Assembly: GCF_001017655.1 (NCBI RefSeq)
Contig: NZ_CP010904.1
Coordinates: forward strand, 1,800,001-1,832,000
Source of the DNA: Kiritimatiella glycovorans
Lineage (GTDB): Bacteria; Verrucomicrobiota; Kiritimatiellia; Kiritimatiellales; Kiritimatiellaceae
DNA: 32,000 nucleotides
Direction of reading: 5' to 3'
The translations under genes and the position numbers were made by a program. The stretch's first letter is position 1. Each line of letters begins with the position of its first letter. Below are positions 1 to 8,268 of the stretch, one piece after another. The notes under the pieces are model-generated. The model had not been told where the DNA came from and searched no databases. It was given only the letters and a program-made list of their open reading frames with translations.

Positions 1-779
1 GGCTTCGGCATGAACGTCACCGTCTTACCGTGCTTCTTGGCGACGTTTTTGATGACGTACTTATACTTCAGCATCTTGTCGGACATCTCGACCAGCGGGG
101 CGAAACGCATATCGATCTCCGCCTGACCGCCGGAGGCCACTTCGTGGTGCTGACACTCGATGTCGATGCCCAGATCCTCCATCGTCAGCATCATCTCCGT
201 CCGGATGTCCTGCATGCTGTCGGTCGGCGGGACCGGGAAATAGCCCTCCTTGTAGCGCGGCTTGTACCCGAGATTCGGGTCCTCCTGCCGGCCCGTGTTC
301 CAGCGCCCCTCCACCGAATCGATGAAGTAGTAGCCCGACTGCACGTTCTGATCGAACCGGATGTCGTCGAAGATGAAGAATTCCGCCTCCGGACCGAAGA
401 ACGCCGTGTCGGCAATCCCCGACCCCTGAACGAACGCCTCCGCCTTCCGCGCGATGTTGCGGGGATCGCGCGTGTATTCCTCGCCCGTGATCGGATCGCA
501 GATGTTGCAGATCATCACCAGCGTCTTTTCCGCAAAGAACGGATCGACAAACGCCGTCTCCGCCACCGGCTTCACCAGCATATCCGACTCGTTGATCGCC
601 TGCCAGCCGCGGATGCTCGATCCGTCAAACCCCAGCCCCTCCTCGAACGCGTCCTCGTCGATCTCGTGCGCGGGCACCGAAAAGTGCTGCCACAACCCGG
701 GAAAATCCATGAACCGAAGATCGATGACCCGTATGTTCTCCTTGTTCACAAACTCCAGTACGTCTCTCGGCGTCTTCAT
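1..779 (-). CDS. glnA: Glutamine synthetase type I, N-terminal ~259 codons. The gene continues past the left edge of the window.
   Basis: Reverse-strand translation from the ATG at 779 reads [36 protein letters not shown]...[18 protein letters not shown]...[13 protein letters not shown]...[18 protein letters not shown]...[12 protein letters not shown], typical GS-I sequence. It is absent from the ORF track because it has no stop inside the window. The 30..956 + ORF is its antisense shadow. Confidence 0.9.
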   Translation of the reverse strand, partial: MKTPRDVLEFVNKENIRVIDLRFMDFPGLWQHFSVPAHEIDEDAFEEGLGFDGSSIRGWQAINESDMLVKPVAETAFVDPFFAEKTLVMICNICDPITGEEYTRDPRNIARKAEAFVQGSGIADTAFFGPEAEFFIFDDIRFDQNVQSGYYFIDSVEGRWNTGRQEDPNLGYKPRYKEGYFPVPPTDSMQDIRTEMMLTMEDLGIDIECQHHEVASGGQAEIDMRFAPLVEMSDKMLKYKYVIKNVAKKHGKTVTFMPK

Positions 780-887
780 TGTCCTTCCTCCATTCCGCTT
801 GGCTTCATTTCACCGGCGTCCGCCGCAGGATGCTCCACCCCCGGCACATCATCCGCCGACCTTCCGTTCTTCATTGGCAAAGAGCTA

Positions 888-903
888 AGCAATGCCCATG
901 CCA
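888..903 (-). promoter_or_regulatory. Candidate sigma-54 (-24/-12) promoter for glnA
   Basis: The minus strand reads TGGCAT-GGGCA-TTGCT, matching the TGGCAC-N5-TTGCW consensus with correct spacing. It lies about 110 nt upstream of the glnA ATG. glnA is a classical sigma-54 target in many bacteria. Confidence 0.5.
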
Positions 904-981
904 CTCCAACATCGATCATTCACAAGTACCTTTCCTGCAAAGATATAAAAAATTAATCCCCATTTCCTCCAAATCATTATA

Positions 982-995
982 ATACATTAATGTAT
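982..995. promoter_or_regulatory. Perfect 14-bp palindrome ATACATTAATGTAT in an AT-rich patch upstream of the glnA promoter; possible enhancer-binding-protein or regulator site
   Basis: The sequence is self-complementary when read directly. It sits about 80-90 nt upstream of the -24 element. A further ATATGTA...TACATAT inverted pair follows at about 994-1020. The regulator identity is unknown. Confidence 0.3.
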
Positions 996-1025
996 ATGTA
1001 AGCCCCATCATGATACATATTTGTT

Positions 1026-4000
1026 TTAGCTATAGATATGTCTTTGATACGATTCCGTAACTCTGTGTCTGATTCGGTTCAGCTCGCGGATCAGGTCTTC
1101 GACGGCGGCGTCCGCACCCAGCAGGCAGCGCGCGAAAGAGGCCAGCTGGTCTCTGTTTTCGGGGAGGCGGTGGATCTGGCGATCCTCGAGGATCTGGAGG
1201 TAGTGTTCGGCGCGGCGGAGGAAGGCGTAGTCGGACTGCAGGGTGGCGGCTTCGTTCCGGTCGAGCAGACCGTGGGCGGCCAGTTTTTCGAGGGCGTTGC
1301 GCGTATTGCCGTCGGGGAGGTCGGGGCAGTCGGGGGCGTGGACGAGCTGCAGGCCCTGGGCGAGAAATTCGATATCGCGTATACCTCCCCTGCCCTGTTT
1401 GATATCGAACCCGTCTTCATCCTCGGACGTACGGGGGCCGCGCATCTTTTCGATTTCCGCGAACACCCGTTCTTTCTCCGCGACGGGTTCGAGCAGGATG
1501 TCGCGGACGGCCGCTTCCACCTCGCGGCCGAGCGCCGCGGAGCCGGCGACGCAGCGAAGCTTGAGCAGCGACTGCCGCTCCCACAGCGCGGCGGCGTTCC
1601 GGTAGTACTGCAGCAGTCCGTCGCGGGTCGGCACCACGGGTCCCGAACGCCCGTGGGGGCGGAGGCGCAGGTCGACCCGGTAGACGTATCCGCAACCGGG
1701 GTGCGCACCGAGCTTCGCGCGCAGACGGGTCAGGATCTTTTCATATTCACCCGGTTCGCGGGATTCCGCGCCGGGGCGCGAGGGGTCGCAGACGGCGAGC
1801 AGGTCGATATCGGAGCTGTAGTTCAGCTCGCGTCCGCCCAGTTTTCCCAGCGCGAACACCGCGAAGTCCTCGCCGGCCCGGTCCTCTTCTTCGAGCGCCG
1901 TCCGGATGACCGCATCGGCGAGCATGGACAGGTCGCGGGTCACGTCCTTGACGGGCACGCCGAGAATCATGTCGCGGGTTCCGATGCGGAGAATCTCGCG
2001 GAAGCGGAAGTCGTACAGGACGGCCCCCTTCTGTCCCTCCTCCGCACGTTCCAGTCTCGTCCGCACATCCTCGGCCATTTCCGCCGTGTCACGGCGGCGG
2101 TAGAGGATCTCGGGCGACGTGACGTGTTCGAGTTCCTCCGGGCTGCGGATCAGTCCCTCGGCCAGGAACTGGCTCCGGGAGAAGATGCCCAGCATGAACC
2201 GCAGGCGCTGCGGCTGCGCGAAGAGCATGGCGTAGTGCTCGCACGGGTCGCCCCCGGCCGCGTCGAGGAAGCGCTCCCAGTTATTCAGCGCGCGATCGGG
2301 GTCCGGTTCGCGTCGGAGGACGTCGCCCGCCAGCGTCACCAGCTCGAAAAAGATCTCTCGACGCCCGCCGGCACCCGCCAGACGCTGAAGGTTGAGGAAG
2401 GCGCGGTCGGGGTCGGTGAACCGGTACTTCCCCAGGATCGCACGCCGCACCTCCTCCGGCGAATCGCCGTCGAGAATCAGGTCCGCCAGGGTGCCCGAGG
2501 TCGGGACCGGCAGCGCCTCGCGGCCGAGGTGCACTTCGACGAAGTGGCGCACGCGGGCGCTGTGGCGTTCGACGTCGACGGTGAGCCGGTCGGCGGCCTC
2601 GAGGCCCGCTTCGCTCCGGTATCCCATCCTGCGCGCGAGGTGACCGAACTCGGGGGAGTCCTGTTCCGGGAGATAGAGATCGCGCGCGGAGCCCCGGAGC
2701 ATGCGCAGGCCGTTGATCAGGGCGCGGAAGAACCGGTAGGCCTCGGCGAGATTCTGGTGTTCGGACGCGCTCAGTTCGCCGCTGTCGCGCAGGGCGTCGA
2801 GCGCGCGATGCAGGTAGGGCGTCCTCATATTCGAATCGCGCACACCGGCGGCCACCTGCAGAAGCTGAACGGTGTATTCGAGGTCGACGAGCCCGCCGGG
2901 ACTGAATTTGGCGTTCATGCATCCGGGCCGGCACTTCTGCTCGAACTGCTTTTTGCGCAATTCGCGCAGTTCGCCCGGGTCGATGGCGCCGGCGTGGTAG
3001 ACGAATTCATCGCGGAGCCGCTCGACCTGGGCGCCCAGTTCGCGCTCGCCGGCCACGGCCCTCAGGCGGACGAGCGCGAGGCGTTCGTAGGCGTGGGCCG
3101 TCCCGCCGGGGCCGTAATAGCGGCAGAAGCTTTCGAGGCTGACCGCCTTGGGTCCGCTCTGTCCGTGCGGGCGCAGGCGGAGGTCGATCTCGAAGATGCC
3201 CTCCCGTTTGGTGCGGATCATACCGCAGGCCAGATCGACCAGTTCGTTGAAGAATTCGGCGTTGGGCCGGGGGTCCTCCCCGTCCGTGCGCCCCCGATCA
3301 CTGTAGAGAAACAGGAGTTCGATATCCGAGGCGTAGCCGATCGCGCGTCCGCCCATCTTGCCGAGTCCGAACACCGCGCACGGGACTTCCAGCCCTCCGA
3401 CCGTGCGGGGGGTGCCGTGCCGCCGCGTCAGCTCGTCCCGCGCCGTCTCCGTGGCAAGCTTGACGATCGCCTCCGCGAGCGGGGTCAGGCTGGCGGAGAG
3501 TTTCCGGACGTCGAGTTCGCCGTGCAGGATGTGCCGGAGATCCGCGTCGAACAGTTCGCGGTCCTTGAAGCGATTGAGCCGTTCGGCCTTTTCCTCGAAG
3601 GATCCGGCATCCTCCATCGCCGCGCGCAGGCGGCTCTCGCAGTCGCCCGGTTCGGGGCCGTCCATGTGTTTCCACGGTTCGAGCACCGGGGCCAGCGACT
3701 CGTAATGGAGGCGGATGACGTCTTCCCAGAGGTAATCGCTCGTGCCGAGCACCCGGGCGAGATTCTGCATGCTGCGGGGGTCGGAGAGGCGCTGCGCCCA
3801 TTCGCCGCCCGGCGCCTCCCCGCCGAAGAGGTTTTCGGCGATCTGCTCGAAGCGCACGAGCGCCGTGTAGGGGTCGGGCGCGCGGTCGAGGTGATAGGTA
3901 AACTGTTTGGTGAGGATTACGGACAGGCGCAGCCGGTTCAGGCGGGAGTCCTCGCGAATCGGGCGGCCCGCGCGGTCAGTGACCCGGAGGACGTCCTCGA

Positions 4001-4757
4001 TCCGCCCTTCGGGCGAAGTCCGGATGTCGACGTGCTCGATCGACACGCGCTGCATCGTCAGCGCTGTGCTGACGGCGTAGAGAAAAGCCGGGGTGTCCTG
4101 CGATACCAGGCGCAGTTCGGTGGCCCGCTCGCCCGGAGACAGCTCGATGTCGACCGGATACATCGGGGGCTGCGCGCTGCGTTTGCGGCGGCGCAGGGCG
4201 CCGGTGACCCACTCGTTCACCTGCTGGCGCACCTCGTCGGCGGCCCGGCGGCCGCCGTCCTCGAGATGACCGAACATCCATTCCATGCGCCGCCGGACCT
4301 CGCCGGCCCACAGATCGAATTCCATGAGGGAGTTTGTTTCCCCTGAAAAATGATCGAGGATACGGCGGCGGGCGGCCCGCGTCGCCCCGCCCCGTCTTTT
4401 CCTCCCGGCCGGGACGCGCCGGGGTGCTGACGATTCTTCGCTCTGGCGGCGGTAGGTGAAGACGTCGCCGGAAAGGATATCGAAATCCAGCGAGGCGAGC
4501 ACACCGGTGATCAGCGAGAACACCCCCGGGGCGTCGTACCCCGCCACCGTGCACTCGATCCGCCCGCCGCCCTCGGCCACGAGCACGTCCACCGGATGCT
4601 GCGGAGAGACGGCATGGAGCGCGCGCACGTGTTCGGCCCGGCGCGGTCCGTCGAACCGGTCGAAATACTCCGGTTCCATCCGCGCTTCAAACTCCCGGAC
4701 GAATTCCGCCGGGATGTCCGGGCAGCGCGTCTCCAGGTCTGCGGCGCTCCGTGTCAT
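1026..4757 (-). CDS. glnE: Glutamine synthetase adenylyltransferase/adenylyl-removing enzyme (two GlnE nucleotidyltransferase modules) with an N-terminal twin ACT-like extension
   Basis: 1243-aa ORF starting at the ATG at 4757. It has two nucleotidyltransferase motifs, GLGKMGGRAIGYASDIELLFLY and ALGKLGGRELNYSSDIDLLAVC, each followed by RxDLRLRPHG. The N-terminal ~300 aa contain ACT-like segments (CTVAGYDAPGVFSLITGVLASLDFDILSGDVF; LRLVSQDTPAFLYAVSTALTMQRVSIEHVDI). It is adjacent to glnA. Confidence 0.9.
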   Translation of the reverse strand: MTRSAADLETRCPDIPAEFVREFEARMEPEYFDRFDGPRRAEHVRALHAVSPQHPVDVLVAEGGGRIECTVAGYDAPGVFSLITGVLASLDFDILSGDVFTYRRQSEESSAPRRVPAGRKRRGGATRAARRRILDHFSGETNSLMEFDLWAGEVRRRMEWMFGHLEDGGRRAADEVRQQVNEWVTGALRRRKRSAQPPMYPVDIELSPGERATELRLVSQDTPAFLYAVSTALTMQRVSIEHVDIRTSPEGRIEDVLRVTDRAGRPIREDSRLNRLRLSVILTKQFTYHLDRAPDPYTALVRFEQIAENLFGGEAPGGEWAQRLSDPRSMQNLARVLGTSDYLWEDVIRLHYESLAPVLEPWKHMDGPEPGDCESRLRAAMEDAGSFEEKAERLNRFKDRELFDADLRHILHGELDVRKLSASLTPLAEAIVKLATETARDELTRRHGTPRTVGGLEVPCAVFGLGKMGGRAIGYASDIELLFLYSDRGRTDGEDPRPNAEFFNELVDLACGMIRTKREGIFEIDLRLRPHGQSGPKAVSLESFCRYYGPGGTAHAYERLALVRLRAVAGERELGAQVERLRDEFVYHAGAIDPGELRELRKKQFEQKCRPGCMNAKFSPGGLVDLEYTVQLLQVAAGVRDSNMRTPYLHRALDALRDSGELSASEHQNLAEAYRFFRALINGLRMLRGSARDLYLPEQDSPEFGHLARRMGYRSEAGLEAADRLTVDVERHSARVRHFVEVHLGREALPVPTSGTLADLILDGDSPEEVRRAILGKYRFTDPDRAFLNLQRLAGAGGRREIFFELVTLAGDVLRREPDPDRALNNWERFLDAAGGDPCEHYAMLFAQPQRLRFMLGIFSRSQFLAEGLIRSPEELEHVTSPEILYRRRDTAEMAEDVRTRLERAEEGQKGAVLYDFRFREILRIGTRDMILGVPVKDVTRDLSMLADAVIRTALEEEDRAGEDFAVFALGKLGGRELNYSSDIDLLAVCDPSRPGAESREPGEYEKILTRLRAKLGAHPGCGYVYRVDLRLRPHGRSGPVVPTRDGLLQYYRNAAALWERQSLLKLRCVAGSAALGREVEAAVRDILLEPVAEKERVFAEIEKMRGPRTSEDEDGFDIKQGRGGIRDIEFLAQGLQLVHAPDCPDLPDGNTRNALEKLAAHGLLDRNEAATLQSDYAFLRRAEHYLQILEDRQIHRLPENRDQLASFARCLLGADAAVEDLIRELNRIRHRVTESYQRHIYS

Positions 4758-4948
4758 GGCTGCACTATAACGCCTGCCCGCCGATCAGGCGAACCGCGAA
4801 GGAACACCTATTCATAAAAACTATTCAGAAGTCTGCGCGCGGCATATCGATTCGCAGGGGGCGGGGAGAGAAGCTCTCGCGGTGCACTTCGCCTTGTACA
4901 CCTCCGGCCGCGGCGTTATGATCGGATCGCAGGAGGAGGTGCGGTGTT

Positions 4949-5467
4949 ATGAAAACACACGGAAGATTCGCGGGTATCGTCATTCTGGTTTTTCTGGCGG
5001 TCATGGTCATTTATATCTGGCCGCCGAAACAGGAAACCGGGGAAACCGCCCCCGCCGCCCCGTCCGAAGAAAAGGAGGATACGGCGCCAACGGAGGAAGC
5101 CGGGGACCGCAGCGAACGCATCCCGATCGGCGAGGTGCGCATTATCCGCCTCGAGGAAAGCTCGTCGGAACCGCCGATGGAGTGGAGGATCAACGAGTTC
5201 GGCGAGGAGGCGAAGGGGCCGGATGCCGAGCAGCCCTCAGGAGAGGGCCTGAAGCCGGACGCCCTGGAGATCGCACAGCTCGACTGGGAGAAGGTCAAAC
5301 GGTACGAAAAGCCGGGCTGGATGATCACGGCGGTGCGTAATATCGGACGCGGCCAGATCATCATTGAAACGCGTAAAATCGAAGAACCCTTCCGGCGGAA
5401 GAACTACCTGCTGGTGGAAGACGAGGCGGACTGGGGCATCATCGGCGTCGCGGAGCAAGCGGATTGA
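4949..5467 (+). CDS. Hypothetical protein with an N-terminal membrane anchor
   Basis: 172-aa ORF with ATG at 4949, preceded by AGGAGGAGG at 4931-4939. There is a hydrophobic stretch FAGIVILVFLAVMVIYIW followed by a Pro/Glu/Ala-rich linker. No domain recognised. Confidence 0.55.
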   Translation: MKTHGRFAGIVILVFLAVMVIYIWPPKQETGETAPAAPSEEKEDTAPTEEAGDRSERIPIGEVRIIRLEESSSEPPMEWRINEFGEEAKGPDAEQPSGEGLKPDALEIAQLDWEKVKRYEKPGWMITAVRNIGRGQIIIETRKIEEPFRRKNYLLVEDEADWGIIGVAEQAD

Positions 5468-5527
5468 GAGCGACGCTGCGGGGCGCCCCGGAGCGGGACG
5501 CGGACCTCTGCCCCCCGGTTCCGGGTG

Positions 5528-5974
5528 TCATGTTTCTGCGGAGACTCCCCCGTCGAGCACCCTCTCCACCTCGACGCAGTCACCGAAATGCGTGTCGCGC
5601 AGCGCCCGATCGATCCCCCGCTGAATCTTTTTCATCTCCGCGCTCAGGGGGCAGTGGTCCTCGCGCGGACACCCCGGTCCGCCGGGCGTGCAGGCGTTGA
5701 TCGATTTTCCGGACGGGTCCATAACCTGAAGCACATCATAGAGCGACAATCCTTCCGGCGCGCGCGCCAGGTAGATGCCGCCGCCCTGACCGCGCCGGCT
5801 TCTGACCAGACCGCCACCGACGAGACGCCGGACGATCTTGCGCAGGAACCGGTACGGGATCCCCATCGCCTCCGCGATCTCCGCCGAAGAAACCGCCTGC
5901 GTCGGATTCGTCGCCCCCTGCTGCACGAGCCGGAGAACCACCCTCAGTGCGTAATCTGCCTCACGTGTAATCAT
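5528..5974 (-). CDS. Rrf2 family transcriptional regulator (IscR/NsrR-like, three C-terminal Cys)
   Basis: MITREADYALRVVLRLV...SSAEIAEAMGIPYRFLRKIVRRLVGGGLVRSRRGQGGGIYLAR is a typical Rrf2 winged helix. The cysteines in NACTPGGPGCPREDHCPL fit a Fe-S cluster ligand set. Confidence 0.85.
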   Translation of the reverse strand: MITREADYALRVVLRLVQQGATNPTQAVSSAEIAEAMGIPYRFLRKIVRRLVGGGLVRSRRGQGGGIYLARAPEGLSLYDVLQVMDPSGKSINACTPGGPGCPREDHCPLSAEMKKIQRGIDRALRDTHFGDCVEVERVLDGGVSAET

Positions 5975-5978
5975 AACA

Positions 5979-5993
5979 ACACCAATGTGGTGT
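5979..5993. promoter_or_regulatory. Inverted repeat ACACCA-ATG-TGGTGT immediately upstream of the Rrf2 start codon; possible operator
   Basis: Six-bp arms with a 3-nt spacer, read directly, located 5-19 nt upstream of the ATG at 5974. No Shine-Dalgarno sequence is visible in the 34 nt that separate this gene from the upstream stop codon. Confidence 0.25.
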
Positions 5994-6008
5994 CATTCAA
6001 ATGCTTTG

Positions 6009-6431
6009 TCAATTACTAAGCTTCACTCCCAGATAGGAGGCAAGCGGATTGATCATGAAGTTGTCGCTGGGCGATATCGTCAAGTCCGGGCAGGTAACGA
6101 TGCGTAGATCCACGCCGTGATCGCGGAAAGATTCCATCAGCGTAAGGACATCGAAAACGCTTCGCGAGAGGCGGTCGAGATACTCGACGACCACAATGTC
6201 GACACAGCCCGTCCTCACCGACTGAATCAACTCCCGAAGAGCAGGCCGATCCAACGTAGCGCCGCCGTATCCCGCATCGTCATATCGTGTTCCAGTCAAC
6301 TCCAAGCCGATCGGCTTCATCGAGGCAATGAACTTCAGGCACGTATCGAACTGGGCTTTGCAGGAGGTTTCCCGATGACTGGGCTCGGAAGACTGGCGGG
6401 TATAGATGGCGCAGCGTTGTCTGCGCATCAT
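6009..6431 (-). pseudogene. Serine recombinase, catalytic (resolvase) domain only; truncated N-terminal fragment of a large serine recombinase
   Basis: MMRRQRCAIYTRQSS...YDDAGYGGATLDRPALRELIQSVRTGCVDIVVVEYLDRLSRSVFDVLTLMESFRDHGVDLRIV matches the resolvase N-terminal domain, including the catalytic Ser motif YxRxSS. The reading frame stops after ~140 aa inside the region where helix E would be. No recombinase, zinc-ribbon or HTH domain follows. Confidence 0.7.
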
Positions 6432-7348
6432 TGCGACCTGTTTGCCGACCAGCCGCTCCCTGGAGTCCAGTGAAGGCGAAGCGCCTTGCCGAGGACGATG
6501 GATTTCAGGACCGGCGCGAGGAACTCGCGAATCGCCGGAACGACCTCGCCGAGTTCAAGGTCCGCCTGGTCGGGAATCGTACGGCGCAGGAATCCCTTCC
6601 ACTGTGTCTGCTTGGTTGGGTTCGCCACAAATTCATCCTGAAGGCCGGGCGGTGTTTGCGACGGCAGTTCCCGGCCACGCCGTTTGAGAGAGGCATCAAT
6701 CGCCTTGGCGAGCAAAGCGGCATCGAAGGGAAATCGCTGGGCCAGCGTCCAGAGATCGTAGTAGTCCTTCATTCGACTGTTGAGGAGCCCAAGCACGATC
6801 ATGGCGTCGACCTTCTCCGCCACGACCGTTTCCCTGGGATATGTCTTCATCTCGGGACGTGGAAGATCGAGAAGTACGGGGTAATCGGACTTCTCCGGAT
6901 CGGGAACGACGGCGTCGCCGAATCCAACATCGACCGAGACGTTGAGCCTGGTGTTTCCCAGTCGTCCCGGAATCTTGATCCGAAGCCCCTGATAGACCTC
7001 CGCCTCCCTGATTTCCTCGATCTCGATTCCGTCCTTGGAGAACTCGATCCCATCGTCTTCGACAGGCAACTTGCAAACATCCTCGAAAATGTTTCTCAAG
7101 TTGGAGGAGGAGAGATCGCCGAAGCCGAGCAAATCCAGGTCTTGCGTCGGACGATGCAAGTCCTCCAGCCAGAGGACGAACAGCATCGCTCCTTTCAGAA
7201 CGAACCGGTCCGCGTAAGACGACCGGGAGAGGCGGTACATCAGGCGTTCGATTCCATAGCGCGTCAGCGTGTGGTTGTGGTTCACCTGATGCTCGCGCGA
7301 GTAGTTCAGCAGCCGGGCCTGAATCGAATGGGATCGGGACGTGCTCAC
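6428..7348 (-). CDS. abiEii: AbiEii/AbiGii family nucleotidyltransferase toxin (type IV toxin-antitoxin)
   Basis: The GTG start at 7348 overlaps the abiEi stop (GTGA). The translation VSTSRSHSIQARLLNYSREHQVNHNHTLTRYGIERLMYRLS...FVLKGAMLF...PTQDLDLLGF...DVGFGD is typical of this family. The longer track ORF (to 7837) would overlap abiEi and is rejected. Confidence 0.85.
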   Translation of the reverse strand: MSTSRSHSIQARLLNYSREHQVNHNHTLTRYGIERLMYRLSRSSYADRFVLKGAMLFVLWLEDLHRPTQDLDLLGFGDLSSSNLRNIFEDVCKLPVEDDGIEFSKDGIEIEEIREAEVYQGLRIKIPGRLGNTRLNVSVDVGFGDAVVPDPEKSDYPVLLDLPRPEMKTYPRETVVAEKVDAMIVLGLLNSRMKDYYDLWTLAQRFPFDAALLAKAIDASLKRRGRELPSQTPPGLQDEFVANPTKQTQWKGFLRRTIPDQADLELGEVVPAIREFLAPVLKSIVLGKALRLHWTPGSGWSANRSQ

Positions 7349-7944
7349 AGAAGCGCCTCCAGATAGGGTTCCATGACGCGCTCGACGCGGCAGACTCGAG
7401 CGTATTTCGTCAGGTCGTCGATTGGCCCCTTGCGCTGGCGCAGGTAATCCCGGAGCGCTTCGGTGGCAACGTCCACCCCGATCTTGTTGCGGTACTTGAA
7501 GCAATCGGCGACGGTCTTCGCGGCGGAGAATACCCGCAGTTCTGCGCCATTCACATCGTGCGATTCGACGCCGGCCTTCAGCGACTCTGCGGAGAACCGC
7601 GCGATGCGAAGCTTGACAAGGCCGATCCGGGGAATCTCCTTCGACTCGCCAATGGCCAGCCAGACCTCGAAAGGGCTTTGCGTGGTCATACCGTGAAACT
7701 GAAGCGCCGAAATCAGACAGATCACGCCATGGGGCACGATCGTGCAGACCTCCACCAAACTGCGGTGCTCCGTCTGAATGGCGCCGGGAAGCGCATAGAG
7801 GCCGCGATCCCGTCGCTCCAGCAGCCCCCGCTCGCAAGCGATGGATAGATACTGACGCGGGATACCGTGGTCAGCGAGGTCACGGGCGCGGATCAGCCCT
7901 TTGGTTTCGGCCACGCGCATGAGGTTTTCGAGGTGCGTCGTCAT
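7345..7944 (-). CDS. abiEi: AbiEi family antitoxin / transcriptional regulator (type IV toxin-antitoxin)
   Basis: 199 aa. It has an N-terminal winged-helix-like MTTHLENLMRVAETKGLIRARDLADHGIPRQYLSIACERGLLERRDRGLY and a C-terminal AbiEi_4-like part (ALQFHGMTTQ...VFSAAKTVADCFKY). It is coupled to abiEii by a 4-nt overlap. Confidence 0.85.
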   Translation of the reverse strand: MTTHLENLMRVAETKGLIRARDLADHGIPRQYLSIACERGLLERRDRGLYALPGAIQTEHRSLVEVCTIVPHGVICLISALQFHGMTTQSPFEVWLAIGESKEIPRIGLVKLRIARFSAESLKAGVESHDVNGAELRVFSAAKTVADCFKYRNKIGVDVATEALRDYLRQRKGPIDDLTKYARVCRVERVMEPYLEALL

Positions 7945-7953
7945 AGCGTGGCG

Positions 7954-8003
7954 ATTTTACGTACTCCCTGGACTTGTTGTCAATCCCATTGATTTAGTCA
8001 ATC
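7954..8003 (-). promoter_or_regulatory. Candidate abiE promoter (TTGACA-18 nt-TAAAAT) overlapped by repeated TCAAT/ATTGA half-sites
   Basis: On the minus strand, TTGACA lies at 7983-7978 and TAAAAT at 7959-7954, 9 nt before the ATG (near-leaderless). The plus strand at 7979-8003 reads GTCAAT-CCC-ATTGA-TTTAG-TCAAT-C, i.e. three alternating half-sites. AbiEi proteins are known to autoregulate through inverted repeats in their promoter. Confidence 0.35.
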
Positions 8004-8243
8004 GCGCCTGATCTCCGCAACGGATTTCGCATGGGTTGCACCCGATAAGCGAGCGAGAAAGGGTTCTTAACCCGTTCGGGGTGTTAATCCGAGAATCTCA
8101 GAGTTCCGCGGAGGTTGCCTTCGCAGACCGGGTGTAAATGACCCTGTTGTGCCCGGGCCGCCGGAAATGTGGTTGCGAAACAGAGAGTAACGGGACATGT
8201 CGTGAAGCGCGCAAGTGGTTCAATGACAGGCGGATACGGCAAA

Positions 8244-8268
8244 GGCCCGAGACTTATCGTCTCGGGCC
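8244..8268 (-). terminator. Strong GC-rich hairpin (10-bp perfect stem GGCCCGAGAC/GTCTCGGGCC, 5-nt loop); candidate terminator of the long minus-strand operon
   Basis: Read directly. It lies ~150 nt downstream of the sbcC-like stop. On the minus strand it is followed only by TTTG, so the U-tract is weak. Confidence 0.35.

Noticed and set aside
30-956. 308-aa plus-strand ORF (and nested ORFs at 191-415, 454-888, 779-982)
   Set aside because: It is the antisense shadow of glnA, whose minus-strand translation is unmistakably GS-I. The plus-strand peptide is Arg/Leu/His/Asp-rich nonsense, typical of high-GC antisense frames.
1038-4346. 1102-aa plus-strand ORF opposite glnE, plus many nested ORFs on both strands between 1091 and 4817
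   Set aside because: These are antisense or off-frame open frames of a ~70% GC gene. The peptides are Ala/Gly/Arg/Val-rich without motifs. The glnE frame carries two clear nucleotidyltransferase signatures.
6428-7837. 469-aa version of the AbiEii ORF, and the 311-aa plus-strand ORF at 6431-7366
   Set aside because: The N-terminal 163 codons of the long version overlap abiEi in another frame and are Arg/Gly/Ala-rich. The GTG at 7348, overlapping the abiEi stop, gives a normal-length AbiEii. The plus-strand ORF is antisense.
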